This document shows positions 8,436 to 16,647 of a DNA stretch of 64,000 nucleotides, piece by piece. Positions within the stretch are counted from its first letter, which is position 1; the number at the start of each line of letters is the position of its first letter. Made by a program: the position numbers and the translations under genes. The DNA is from Chlamydiota bacterium (GTDB lineage Bacteria > Chlamydiota > Chlamydiia > Chlamydiales > SM23-39): the NCBI GenBank assembly GCA_048498835.1, contig JBEHXF010000004.1:1307-65306 (forward strand), given 5' to 3'. A model generated the notes under the pieces. It was given only the letters and a program-made list of their open reading frames with translations, had not been told where the DNA came from and made no database searches.

Positions 8436-9407
8436 ATCAGCATGTCCCCGAAGAGGACTCTCAATGACCCGGACTTTGGGTGCCTTCACCACAGCCGATT
8501 CAGCCATTCGGGCCCCCACTGGAATCACCGGATCTCTTTGATGAGAAAGTACAGTGATCGAAATACCCCGTGCAACCAAATCCTTCATCGGTGTTTCAGC
8601 GTCGAGCAAACCTCCCGCCAACCAACCAATCTGATCTGCAACCCAACCCAAACTCGGCAAAACGACACGAGGTGTCTTCGTAAAGGAATCGTGATTGACC
8701 AAACTCACCCGTGCTGCATCGCTCGGCCAGCTCTTCAAATGATTCTCTAAAGAGATCGTAGCAACGCCGCCGCCCAAGGAACTCCCGACCACTTTCACCG
8801 ATTGAAATAAACCCAAGGCGCACTGAAGAGCTCTCAATCCATCATTGACTACTGTCACATAAGTAGGAGAGAGTTTAGTAGAGCTGAGTTGAAACACTTC
8901 ACTATTCAATCCGGTGCCGCGATAATCGTACAAAATGATCGGACATTTCGCCGCCTTCATAAACTCACCAGGCGTCCAAGTCAACCGATTGCGATTAAAA
9001 TAGCTCGCAACCGTCATTCCATTTGGATTGTGATACAAAATACATGCACTCTTATTTTCCCGCTTCCAACCATCTGGGTAATAAATGATGCCATGGACCG
9101 TATCTCCATCTACTCTAAATGTGAAGGGTTCAATCGAATTTTGATCTACTTGGTTGAGAATTTTTCTCGATTTCTTAGCATTCTCCATAAATTGGGAAGG
9201 AACTAACACCATGCCGGTGACATAAGCCATTCCGCCCCGATTTTCGATCATCCCCCGAATGCCATCTGCAGAACACACAACAGCATGTGAGCTCGCTTCT
9301 GTAGCCTGATTGCTAACTTCTATCGGACGCCAGAAAAGATTGACTAAGCCTGTCATAAAAATACCCTCTCGAATTTCGCGCTTAAAATATAGATTTGATG
9401 AAGACAT
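8397..9407 (-). CDS. alpha/beta-hydrolase-fold protein (chlamydial DUF818/CHLPS-like?), possible secreted effector
   Basis: 336 aa. Nucleophile elbow VVGSSLGGG. Candidate late Asp/His (HQRDPVIP ... RGHADL). No signal peptide. The family name is from memory only. Convergent 39-nt overlap with the GT2 gene. Confidence 0.5.
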   Translation of the reverse strand: MSSSNLYFKREIREGIFMTGLVNLFWRPIEVSNQATEASSHAVVCSADGIRGMIENRGGMAYVTGMVLVPSQFMENAKKSRKILNQVDQNSIEPFTFRVDGDTVHGIIYYPDGWKRENKSACILYHNPNGMTVASYFNRNRLTWTPGEFMKAAKCPIILYDYRGTGLNSEVFQLSSTKLSPTYVTVVNDGLRALQCALGLFQSVKVVGSSLGGGVATISLENHLKSWPSDAARVSLVNHDSFTKTPRVVLPSLGWVADQIGWLAGGLLDAETPMKDLVARGISITVLSHQRDPVIPVGARMAESAVVKAPKVRVIESPLRGHADLSDDMIRELGNF

Positions 9408-9507
9408 AAAATCTAGAAAAAAGCCGCACTACATGTTTAAAGCATTTTCTTTAAAAAAATGCGGACAAAAGATATCTTCGAAACTGTTTGTCCCCAAAGG
9501 AAATAAA

Positions 9508-11634
9508 ATGAAGAAATTTCCTCTCTTAATTCTACTTGTTGCATTCGGTGCTGTTGCCCACTCTTTCCCTACAAAAAAGACGAAAGACCCTTCCTGTAAT
9601 CCGGGCCCAAAACACATGCGCGCTGCAGTTAGGCATATTGAAGCAGGGGGCATTGGTTACGATAACGGCTACACCACTTTGGAAGCCTTCATTGCCAATG
9701 ATCCGTTTGATTGGAGCGTTATGCCCTTTATCGATGTACGCGGTCATGTATTCAACGATGGGCGGTTTGCGGCAAATACGGGCATAGGAGCAAGAGCTCT
9801 CTGGGGTTGCAGAGCTTACGGCATCAACGCCTACTACGATTATCGACAAGGCTTTCATAAAGGATACAGTCAAGTTGCTCTCGGATTAGAAACCCTCGGC
9901 AGTTTTTGGGATCTTCGAGTGAATGGATATCTGCCCGTTGGTGGTAAAGTGAGTTATCCCTATGACATCGGATTTGCAGGATTTGAAGGAAATTCCATTC
10001 TCGTACAGAGAAAATTCGAATACTCGATGAAAGGAATCGACGGAGAAGTTGGTTTTCATTTCGGCAAAACCGAAGATTTCGATTTTTATACAGCCGCAGG
10101 ACCCTACTATTTCAACGGGAAGCTAGGTAAAAGCACCTTTGGCGGAAAAATACGAGCAGCCGGAAGTTATAAAGACTTTCTCACATTGGAAATCATGGAC
10201 TCCTTCGACCGAGTTTTCCACAATAATTTCCAAGGACAATTGACCTTCACTGTTCCTTTCGGACCAAGATCAAAACCAAACACCAAGAAAAACGATTGCC
10301 TTGGCACCTGTGATTACGCGATTACGCTCGCAGAACGGATGATCCAGCCAGTGGAACGAGAAGAAATCGTCGTGTTGAATACTCATAGAAAAACGGAAGC
10401 GGCGTCTCTTTTCCTCGTCTTTGTCGATAACCTAAGTAGCTCAGCGGGAACCTTTGAAAGTCCCTACCCAACGCTTGCTGAAGCTCAAGCAAATTCAGCT
10501 CCTGGAGATATCATTTATGTTTTCCCCGGAGATGGAACGACAGCTGGGATGAATGCAGGGATTACGTTAAAAAATAATCAAAAACTTTGGGGATCTAGCG
10601 CAGCTCACCTAGTGGATACGAACCTCGGTTCCATCCTCATTCCTCGCTACACGACTCTCTCTCCTTCCATTACAAACCCAGCAGGATCAGGAGTAACCTT
10701 AGCCCAAAATAACGAAATCAGCGGCCTCTTTATCACCTATTGCTTGGAATCTGGAATCACAGGCGACAATGCAGGGAATGTCCGCATTCTTTCCTCGACA
10801 ATCTCCTACAACAACCAAACCGACGCGGGTTTTAGCGGCATTGTGGTGAATTTTGATGGTGATTCCAAAGGAAGTGTTTTAGTAGACAACGTGATTGTCT
10901 CTAATAATACATACAGCGGTGTCGCATCCTACCTCAATGATGATGCAAAAGCGACTTTAACAGTCCAAAATTGCACCCTTACGGGGAACTTCTATCCGAT
11001 TGATTTTGAGAGCTACAATTCATCGATTGGGACATTCAATTTCAACAATAACCTCGTGACTGATAACGACGATTATTTCTACATTTATACTTCGAGCGCC
11101 AATGCTTCTGCGCAAACGTTTAACTTCAATCATAATCAAGTGATCAATACATTTGATGACTATTCGATCTTCCTCCAAGTAGATTCGGGTGCAGTAGGAT
11201 CGATAACGATGAAGAATAATACGTTTGATTCAAATGATTTCGCTGTCGACTTGATTCTTAGCACGACCGCGGCAGTCAACCTAGACATTCAAGACAATCG
11301 CTTTATCAATACGCTGGATGATTCGGGTTTGTATATTAGTCATTCAGGCAATGGGTTGGTCCAAGGAACGATTTCTTATAATACCTTCCAAAACAATGCC
11401 AGCAATTATGGCTTTGCGATCAACCAAGGCGGCGGTGGAACGATGTGTCTCGACATGAGAGGAAACGCGGGAGTAGGGAATATGCCCGACAACTATTCTT
11501 TTGATAATTCATCAGGCACATTGAAGATCAGCCCCTGCAATGCAGAGGATCTCAATTCTGGCGGACTCTTGTCCAACGCTATGAATGTGGATCTAGTTCA
11601 ATCTTGTCCGTCAGGAGCTCCCTGCACGCCATAA
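9508..11634 (+). CDS. inverse autotransporter (type Ve): N-terminal beta-barrel with a parallel beta-helix passenger
   Basis: ORF track 9310..11634. The start is set at the ATG at 9508 (MKKFPLLILLVAFGAVAHS signal peptide, AAGG SD). The N-terminal 300 aa show an intimin/invasin-type barrel pattern (GIGYDNGY..., GINAYYDYRQG..., ALGLETLG..WDLRVNGYLP). The C-terminal 400 aa are Asn/Gly/Thr-rich, roughly 22-25-aa beta-helix-like repeats. Confidence 0.65.
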   Translation: MKKFPLLILLVAFGAVAHSFPTKKTKDPSCNPGPKHMRAAVRHIEAGGIGYDNGYTTLEAFIANDPFDWSVMPFIDVRGHVFNDGRFAANTGIGARALWGCRAYGINAYYDYRQGFHKGYSQVALGLETLGSFWDLRVNGYLPVGGKVSYPYDIGFAGFEGNSILVQRKFEYSMKGIDGEVGFHFGKTEDFDFYTAAGPYYFNGKLGKSTFGGKIRAAGSYKDFLTLEIMDSFDRVFHNNFQGQLTFTVPFGPRSKPNTKKNDCLGTCDYAITLAERMIQPVEREEIVVLNTHRKTEAASLFLVFVDNLSSSAGTFESPYPTLAEAQANSAPGDIIYVFPGDGTTAGMNAGITLKNNQKLWGSSAAHLVDTNLGSILIPRYTTLSPSITNPAGSGVTLAQNNEISGLFITYCLESGITGDNAGNVRILSSTISYNNQTDAGFSGIVVNFDGDSKGSVLVDNVIVSNNTYSGVASYLNDDAKATLTVQNCTLTGNFYPIDFESYNSSIGTFNFNNNLVTDNDDYFYIYTSSANASAQTFNFNHNQVINTFDDYSIFLQVDSGAVGSITMKNNTFDSNDFAVDLILSTTAAVNLDIQDNRFINTLDDSGLYISHSGNGLVQGTISYNTFQNNASNYGFAINQGGGGTMCLDMRGNAGVGNMPDNYSFDNSSGTLKISPCNAEDLNSGGLLSNAMNVDLVQSCPSGAPCTP

Positions 11635-11652
11635 ACGATTCATTGGAAGCGT

Positions 11653-12900
11653 ATGAGATACCTGCTGCTTTTCTGCCTCTTTTCTCTTTCCCTCAATGCA
11701 GAAGAGCCAAGCTACGGAATTAGCGCCAACCCCGGCGCTGTCAATAGCGTAACAGGTACCGGAGAACTGGGCAGACGGCTTCATATTCCTGAAAGCTCTG
11801 GTGTACGCCTCGGAGGCATGTACATTGGCGATACCAACGCTCTATTAAGCGGAAGAGACCATACCGGCGTTTGGACTGGGAATAGCGTTCTAATCATCGA
11901 TCTTCTCATCCAATTAGATAAAGCCATTGGATGGAAAGGAGCGTCATTTGGCAGTGAATTTCTCCAATTTAATGGCCAAGCGACCAACTCTGATGCTGGC
12001 GTCGTTCAAGGGTACAACAGCTTAACAGGTTCTCCTCCGTTACATCGATCTCAGCTCTACCAAATCTGGCTCCTTCAACGCCTATGGAATGACAAACTCA
12101 CCTTTCGAGTTGGAAAAGTAATTCCTGTCGCTCACTTCAACAACGTGTCAAAACCAGTCGCGACCGTCAATCCGGCTGTCACGATTCCCTCAGTGAGCGG
12201 CCTAATCTACACCCCTCTTTTCGTCAACACCACTTTCCTCGGTGCGATCGGCGGCTACTATAACTCAGTCTATGGCGCAATCGCCACGATCGCCCCCACT
12301 AAAGAGGCTTACATCAATCTTGGGTTTTTCGATGGAAGCTTAGCGCGAGGCGTACAAACGGGCGTGAAAGTAGGTCCCCATTTTAATGGTTATTACTTTT
12401 CCATTGCTGAAGTAGGTTATGGCTGGGCAACGGCAAAACCTGGAATTGCTGCCATTGGCGGTTGGTATCAGAGTGGAAAACTTCAGGCTGCAAACCAATC
12501 GCAAACAGGTACAGGAGGGATCTACGCTTTTGCTTCACAAGCACTTTGGACTAGACCCTCCAGCTCGACCAACAAAGGCAATATCTCGGGCTTTCTCCAA
12601 TTCGGCTGGTGCAATTCCCGCACCTTCCACATGAATCTCTATGCAGGCGCTGGTCTTACTGCCTTTGCTCTCATTCCTCACCGTCCCAATGACTCGTTCG
12701 GCTTCGGCCTCGCCTGGTCGCGCCTCAATAAGTTTCTCTTCACCCGTTACTCCGAACTGATGCTCCAAGGTTATTACCAGCTCCAAATCCTCAGCTCGCT
12801 CTATTTTGAATCGGCTCTCACCTACGTCCCCAATCCCGGCGCCCACCCTGACAAATCAAACGTCTCTGCTTCCACCAACCGCCTCACCTTGCTCTTCTGA
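11653..12900 (+). CDS. carbohydrate-selective porin OprB family-like outer-membrane porin
   Basis: 415 aa. Signal peptide MRYLLLFCLFSLSLNA. GVRLGGMYIGDTNALLSG, LIIDLLIQLDKAIGWKGASFGSEFLQFNG and aromatic-rich beta strands. Ends in ...RLTLLF. Confidence 0.6.
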   Translation: MRYLLLFCLFSLSLNAEEPSYGISANPGAVNSVTGTGELGRRLHIPESSGVRLGGMYIGDTNALLSGRDHTGVWTGNSVLIIDLLIQLDKAIGWKGASFGSEFLQFNGQATNSDAGVVQGYNSLTGSPPLHRSQLYQIWLLQRLWNDKLTFRVGKVIPVAHFNNVSKPVATVNPAVTIPSVSGLIYTPLFVNTTFLGAIGGYYNSVYGAIATIAPTKEAYINLGFFDGSLARGVQTGVKVGPHFNGYYFSIAEVGYGWATAKPGIAAIGGWYQSGKLQAANQSQTGTGGIYAFASQALWTRPSSSTNKGNISGFLQFGWCNSRTFHMNLYAGAGLTAFALIPHRPNDSFGFGLAWSRLNKFLFTRYSELMLQGYYQLQILSSLYFESALTYVPNPGAHPDKSNVSASTNRLTLLF

Positions 12901-12964
12901 TTATTTTCTTGCTTTTTCTCTCATTCACCGATTACAGGTAAATTTTGGTTGATTAGGAGCCGAA

Positions 12965-14158
12965 ATGTCAAAAATCTTCCCTCTTCTCGCAGCTATGCTA
13001 CAAACTGTATCTCTTCTGGCAAATACCTACAATATCCCAGCTACCTCAGATACAGTTACTTTAGGCCTCTTCGATCTGAAGAAGGCACCCGTTGTCAAAG
13101 TCCGCTCGGGCGATATTGTTTCGCTTGAAACTTGGAATAGCTGCCTCCACGTCATGGTCTATAACGAAACGACTCCAGCCGATGTAGCGAAGTTTTATCA
13201 ATTGAATGACATCCAAAAAAGACGCGGTATGCATTCGCTAACCGGGCCTGTCTACGTCGAAGGAGCGGAACCTGGAGACGTATTAGAGATCCGCGTCCTC
13301 GATATCAAACTCACCGATTGGGGCTATAACTTCCTCAGTCCATCGGCTGGAATTTTCGATAACTTCTCCAAACCGCAAATCAAGTACTTCAAGTTTGATA
13401 AAGAGCACAATACAGCAGAGTTTGCGCCGGGCATTTGCTTACCACTCAAACCCTTCCCAGGTATTATCGCAGTCGCCCCACCTCTCGATTGGCCTCGAGA
13501 TTGGCCAGTTGATCTCGCCACTCCTCTGGCTCAGCCTGTTAAAGGCGAATTCAATTCCGTTCCACCCGGTCCCTTTGCCGGCAACTTGGATCAGCCTGAA
13601 CTACAAGCGGGCTCTATCCTCTTCGTCCCGGTGTTTCAAAAGGGAGCTCTTGTCTGGACAGGCGACTCACACGCCATGCAGAGTAATGGCGAAATTGACG
13701 TAACAGCTCTTGAAACTGCCTATGAAGGGATTACCCTCCAATTCATTGTCCGTAAAGATCTCCGTGCCGAGGGAGTCTTCGATAAAACCAAACGAAAAGG
13801 TGGCAACGTCTTCACCTGGCCAATCATCGAAAATGAAACCCATTGGATGATTGTCGGCCTCAATACCGATCTCATGGAAGCGATGAAGCTCGCCGCTCTC
13901 AATACGATCGACTTTCTCGTCCGCATGCAAGGCTTCAGCCGTGAAGAGAGTTATCAATTTCTCAGCATGGTCGGAGACTTTGAAATCGCAGAAGCGGTCA
14001 ACATGATCAAAAACGTCACCGTGCATCTACCCAAAGCGGTCTTCAAACAAAAAGGACGCACCACCACACTCTGCTCAGAAGGAACGTTTCCTCTTCAAGC
14101 GCCAGAGCCCAATCCAAATCCCCAATGCGTTCCACAAGAAGGCCTCTTAATCAAATAA
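12965..14158 (+). CDS. acetamidase/formamidase family amidohydrolase with an N-terminal signal peptide
   Basis: 397 aa. TGPVYVEGAEPGDVLEIRVLDI and AGSILFVPVFQKGALVWTGDSHAMQSNGEI are the FmdA/AmdA core motifs. The N-terminus MSKIFPLLAAMLQTVSLLA looks like a Sec signal. Strong SD AGGAG. Confidence 0.85.
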   Translation: MSKIFPLLAAMLQTVSLLANTYNIPATSDTVTLGLFDLKKAPVVKVRSGDIVSLETWNSCLHVMVYNETTPADVAKFYQLNDIQKRRGMHSLTGPVYVEGAEPGDVLEIRVLDIKLTDWGYNFLSPSAGIFDNFSKPQIKYFKFDKEHNTAEFAPGICLPLKPFPGIIAVAPPLDWPRDWPVDLATPLAQPVKGEFNSVPPGPFAGNLDQPELQAGSILFVPVFQKGALVWTGDSHAMQSNGEIDVTALETAYEGITLQFIVRKDLRAEGVFDKTKRKGGNVFTWPIIENETHWMIVGLNTDLMEAMKLAALNTIDFLVRMQGFSREESYQFLSMVGDFEIAEAVNMIKNVTVHLPKAVFKQKGRTTTLCSEGTFPLQAPEPNPNPQCVPQEGLLIK

Positions 14159-14167
14159 GGTAAAAAC

Positions 14168-14554
14168 ATGAAAAAAATCGCTCTCTTTCTCCTTTTCACA
14201 ACAACTCTGATCGCAGAAACCATCACTTTCAACAATCAAACTTCTTATCCCACTTCCCAGTCGAAAATGGCCATCCAATGGGCTAACACTGCTCGTGAAG
14301 TCGATGAGCAGAACAAGGCCCTCCTCTACGAGAAAAAACTGAATTCAGACACGCTGCAAACGATCACCCAAACCGGAAAAACTAAACTCACACCTCCGAA
14401 CCGAGCGCAGCAATTCCGCGTCCTCGTTTGGTCGAAAGGGACAGGAGATCCCGATTATACAACCAATTGGATCGATATCACTCCAAACAAGACCTATACC
14501 CTTGAAAATGATTACCTGATTCCAGTGGTGCTCATGCCAGGAACCGGCTGTTAG
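14168..14554 (+). CDS. hypothetical small secreted protein
   Basis: 128 aa. Signal peptide MKKIALFLLFTTTLIA. Starts 9 nt after the amidase stop. No recognisable motif. Confidence 0.55.
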   Translation: MKKIALFLLFTTTLIAETITFNNQTSYPTSQSKMAIQWANTAREVDEQNKALLYEKKLNSDTLQTITQTGKTKLTPPNRAQQFRVLVWSKGTGDPDYTTNWIDITPNKTYTLENDYLIPVVLMPGTGC

Positions 14555-14570
14555 AGGGTGTTAAATAATG

Positions 14571-14688
14571 AATCACAGAGTACACAGAGAAGAAAGAGAG
14601 TCACTCAGAGAAAAAATTCTGAATTTTGATTCCTTTCTAATTTCTTCTCTGTGAAGCTCCGTTTTTTCTCTCTGTGAACTCTGTGATT
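14571..14688. repeat. cargo-less palindromic element built from CACAGAG heptads (MITE-like; also a likely bidirectional terminator)
   Basis: AATCACAGAGTACACAGAGA (14571-14590) matches the reverse complement of 14669-14688 (AATCACAGAGTTCACAGAGA) at 19/20. Left-arm heptads are at 14574, 14583 and 14602 (CACTCAG). Mirrored CTCTGTG copies lie at 14647, 14670 and 14679. Confidence 0.85.
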
Positions 14689-14701
14689 GCCTTCTTCGGC
14701 A

Positions 14702-15508
14702 CTATAAGTTGTTGATTGATTCCTGATAAATCCAACGGGCAATTGAATCTAAGGTGATCGCAGCAGCTGTCGGATACTTGCTTGGATCAACTCCCTGACC
14801 CACCACATCAAATTGAATAGTATCAGGCAGCGCTCCCTTCACAACCGAAAATTGATAGCCGCAAAACGGCTGATCTGAAACAAACAGAGCTTTGCATGGC
14901 TCAGGAGCTAGTTCAAGCCAAGCAACGAGAGTATCGTTTGTATTGGGACGCTTGTTCCCCTCTTTCATTGGAACCGCGACAAATAAAACCGGAATCTTCT
15001 TCATTTCCGCGGGAAGATCTGTTTCCTCCCAAATCATCCGGGCAGCCTCCGATTCATTGTTACAACGATCCGTTAGTCCATCTACGCGAGCATCGAGTGG
15101 TCGATCGCCGGTCAGCCATACGATTTGATCAAAGCGGACCCCTTCTTCCCAAAGCTGTTTGAGATAATCTAAACGCATTTGCATGCGAGAGGTTGTCGCG
15201 CCGAGAATCAGCGCTTTGTCATAAACCTTCTGACTCGGCTTCCAAGGAGCAAAGAAACCTTGCTCACTTGCCCAGTCCAACACATACTTTCTTTGATCGG
15301 CAGACAGTTCCGCTACTTCCCATCGCTCGAGCCCCGCTTTGCGCAACCACCGTTTCTGCGTCTCAGCAACGATATCTGCATCTGCAGGAATATCTAAAGC
15401 AGAGGCTAGTTCCGATAGAGCTTTAGGATCAATTCGATGATCTTCAATAGGCACCGCAGCTCCTAAGCCACAAAGACAGAGGGCGAATAATAAAAAGTAC
15501 TGTTTCAT
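14702..15508 (-). CDS. hypothetical secreted protein (possibly DUF218/YdcF-like)
   Basis: 268 aa. Signal peptide MKQYFLLFALCLCGLGAA. ALILGATTSRMQMRLDYL...IVWLTGDRPLD is vaguely YdcF-like. The family call is weak. Confidence 0.4.
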   Translation of the reverse strand: MKQYFLLFALCLCGLGAAVPIEDHRIDPKALSELASALDIPADADIVAETQKRWLRKAGLERWEVAELSADQRKYVLDWASEQGFFAPWKPSQKVYDKALILGATTSRMQMRLDYLKQLWEEGVRFDQIVWLTGDRPLDARVDGLTDRCNNESEAARMIWEETDLPAEMKKIPVLFVAVPMKEGNKRPNTNDTLVAWLELAPEPCKALFVSDQPFCGYQFSVVKGALPDTIQFDVVGQGVDPSKYPTAAAITLDSIARWIYQESINNL

Positions 15509-15591
15509 TTGTTATCTCTCATAAAAAACGTAAACAGTATACCAAAAACTGCATTTTATCTATGGTAAAATCTAATTTTAATAATCTGAAT

Positions 15592-16011
15592 TCATTCGAA
15601 GAGGATTTGGATTTTCGCTTCAGCGCATACATCTCTGTAACTCCGATTCGCCTCTTCATACTGCCTAGTTGCTTGGTCGGCAGATTGCCGAAGTTTAGAC
15701 TCTGCATCGCCATTTGCAACTAAGGTATCTAAGACTTGTTTCTTCTCTTTTGCTTGAATGATGCGATACATAGCATTGGATATGTTGGCAATTGGAGCAG
15801 CTTTAAACTGGATCAGATTTGCTTGAAAGGTCATTTTTTTCGACCCCAGAGCTAATAAATACTTTGCAAAAGTAGTCTGTTCTGCCTGAAAAAAAGACTT
15901 AACATTCTCACTGACATCTGGAGAACATGTAGTAATCAGAGCGTCTCTTTGTTTGGAAACGGTGAAATTTCCTAAATCGAATCGGAAAAAAGAAAGAGAC
16001 GCTGCGGCCAT
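15592..16011 (-). CDS. hypothetical protein (orphan, AT-richer)
   Basis: 139 aa. Good SD (AAGAGGA) upstream of the ATG at 16011. No signal peptide, no motif, and a coiled-coil-like C-terminus. Confidence 0.45.
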   Translation of the reverse strand: MAAASLSFFRFDLGNFTVSKQRDALITTCSPDVSENVKSFFQAEQTTFAKYLLALGSKKMTFQANLIQFKAAPIANISNAMYRIIQAKEKKQVLDTLVANGDAESKLRQSADQATRQYEEANRSYRDVCAEAKIQILFE

Positions 16012-16035
16012 AAAAAGATCCTCTTAGAGGAAAAA

Positions 16036-16638
16036 TTAAAAGAGATAGCCTAAGCCAGCGCCAAAATAAAATCCACCCACCTGTGTATCTCTTCCATGAG
16101 CGCCGCTTTTGGAAGAAGAGATATCGACAGGCTGATAAGAATATTCGCCAAACAGATCGACTAAAAGATGGTCGATCGGGAAAAAATGAAAGCCGGTATT
16201 GGCAAAGAGACCGATCCCATTTTTGGAAACAGTCTGATCGACAAAGCTCGAATGATTACTCTGATGGACGTAGAAATAACGGGGACCGACCGCTATATAC
16301 CAGTCGGCATAGGAAGTAATGCGTAGGATCGGTTTCAACCCTACGTCGACCGGGATTTCCCATAGCGTCGTTCCTTGATCAAAATGGGTCGAATTTCCCC
16401 AAGCTTCTAAAAAACCGACGCTCCCATAGATGTGGAGCTCTCTCTTAATCGGATACGAGCCACTCGCTTGAATCTCAAATCCCCCACTCCCATAAACGTC
16501 TCGAAGCTTTTGGCTGGCAAAGAAGAAATAACCAGCCTTCATCTCAACTCGGGGAGGAGCGATCCAATCCCCTGCTGGTTTTTCTGAAAAAAGAGGCAAC
16601 GAAAGAATCAACGAAGCAATCCACAATCCTTTGCGCAT
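16036..16638 (-). CDS. small outer-membrane beta-barrel protein (OmpA-barrel/OmpW-size class)
   Basis: 200 aa. Signal peptide MRKGLWIASLILSLPLFS. Alternating aromatic beta strands. C-terminal GAGLGYLF with a terminal Phe. Confidence 0.65.
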   Translation of the reverse strand: MRKGLWIASLILSLPLFSEKPAGDWIAPPRVEMKAGYFFFASQKLRDVYGSGGFEIQASGSYPIKRELHIYGSVGFLEAWGNSTHFDQGTTLWEIPVDVGLKPILRITSYADWYIAVGPRYFYVHQSNHSSFVDQTVSKNGIGLFANTGFHFFPIDHLLVDLFGEYSYQPVDISSSKSGAHGRDTQVGGFYFGAGLGYLF

Positions 16639-16647
16639 GCAATGTCC

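Noticed and set aside
9310-9507. 66-codon N-terminal extension of the inverse-autotransporter ORF.
   Set aside because: The extension overlaps the divergent hydrolase gene's 5' end and has no signal peptide. The ATG at 9508 gives a canonical signal peptide with an SD.
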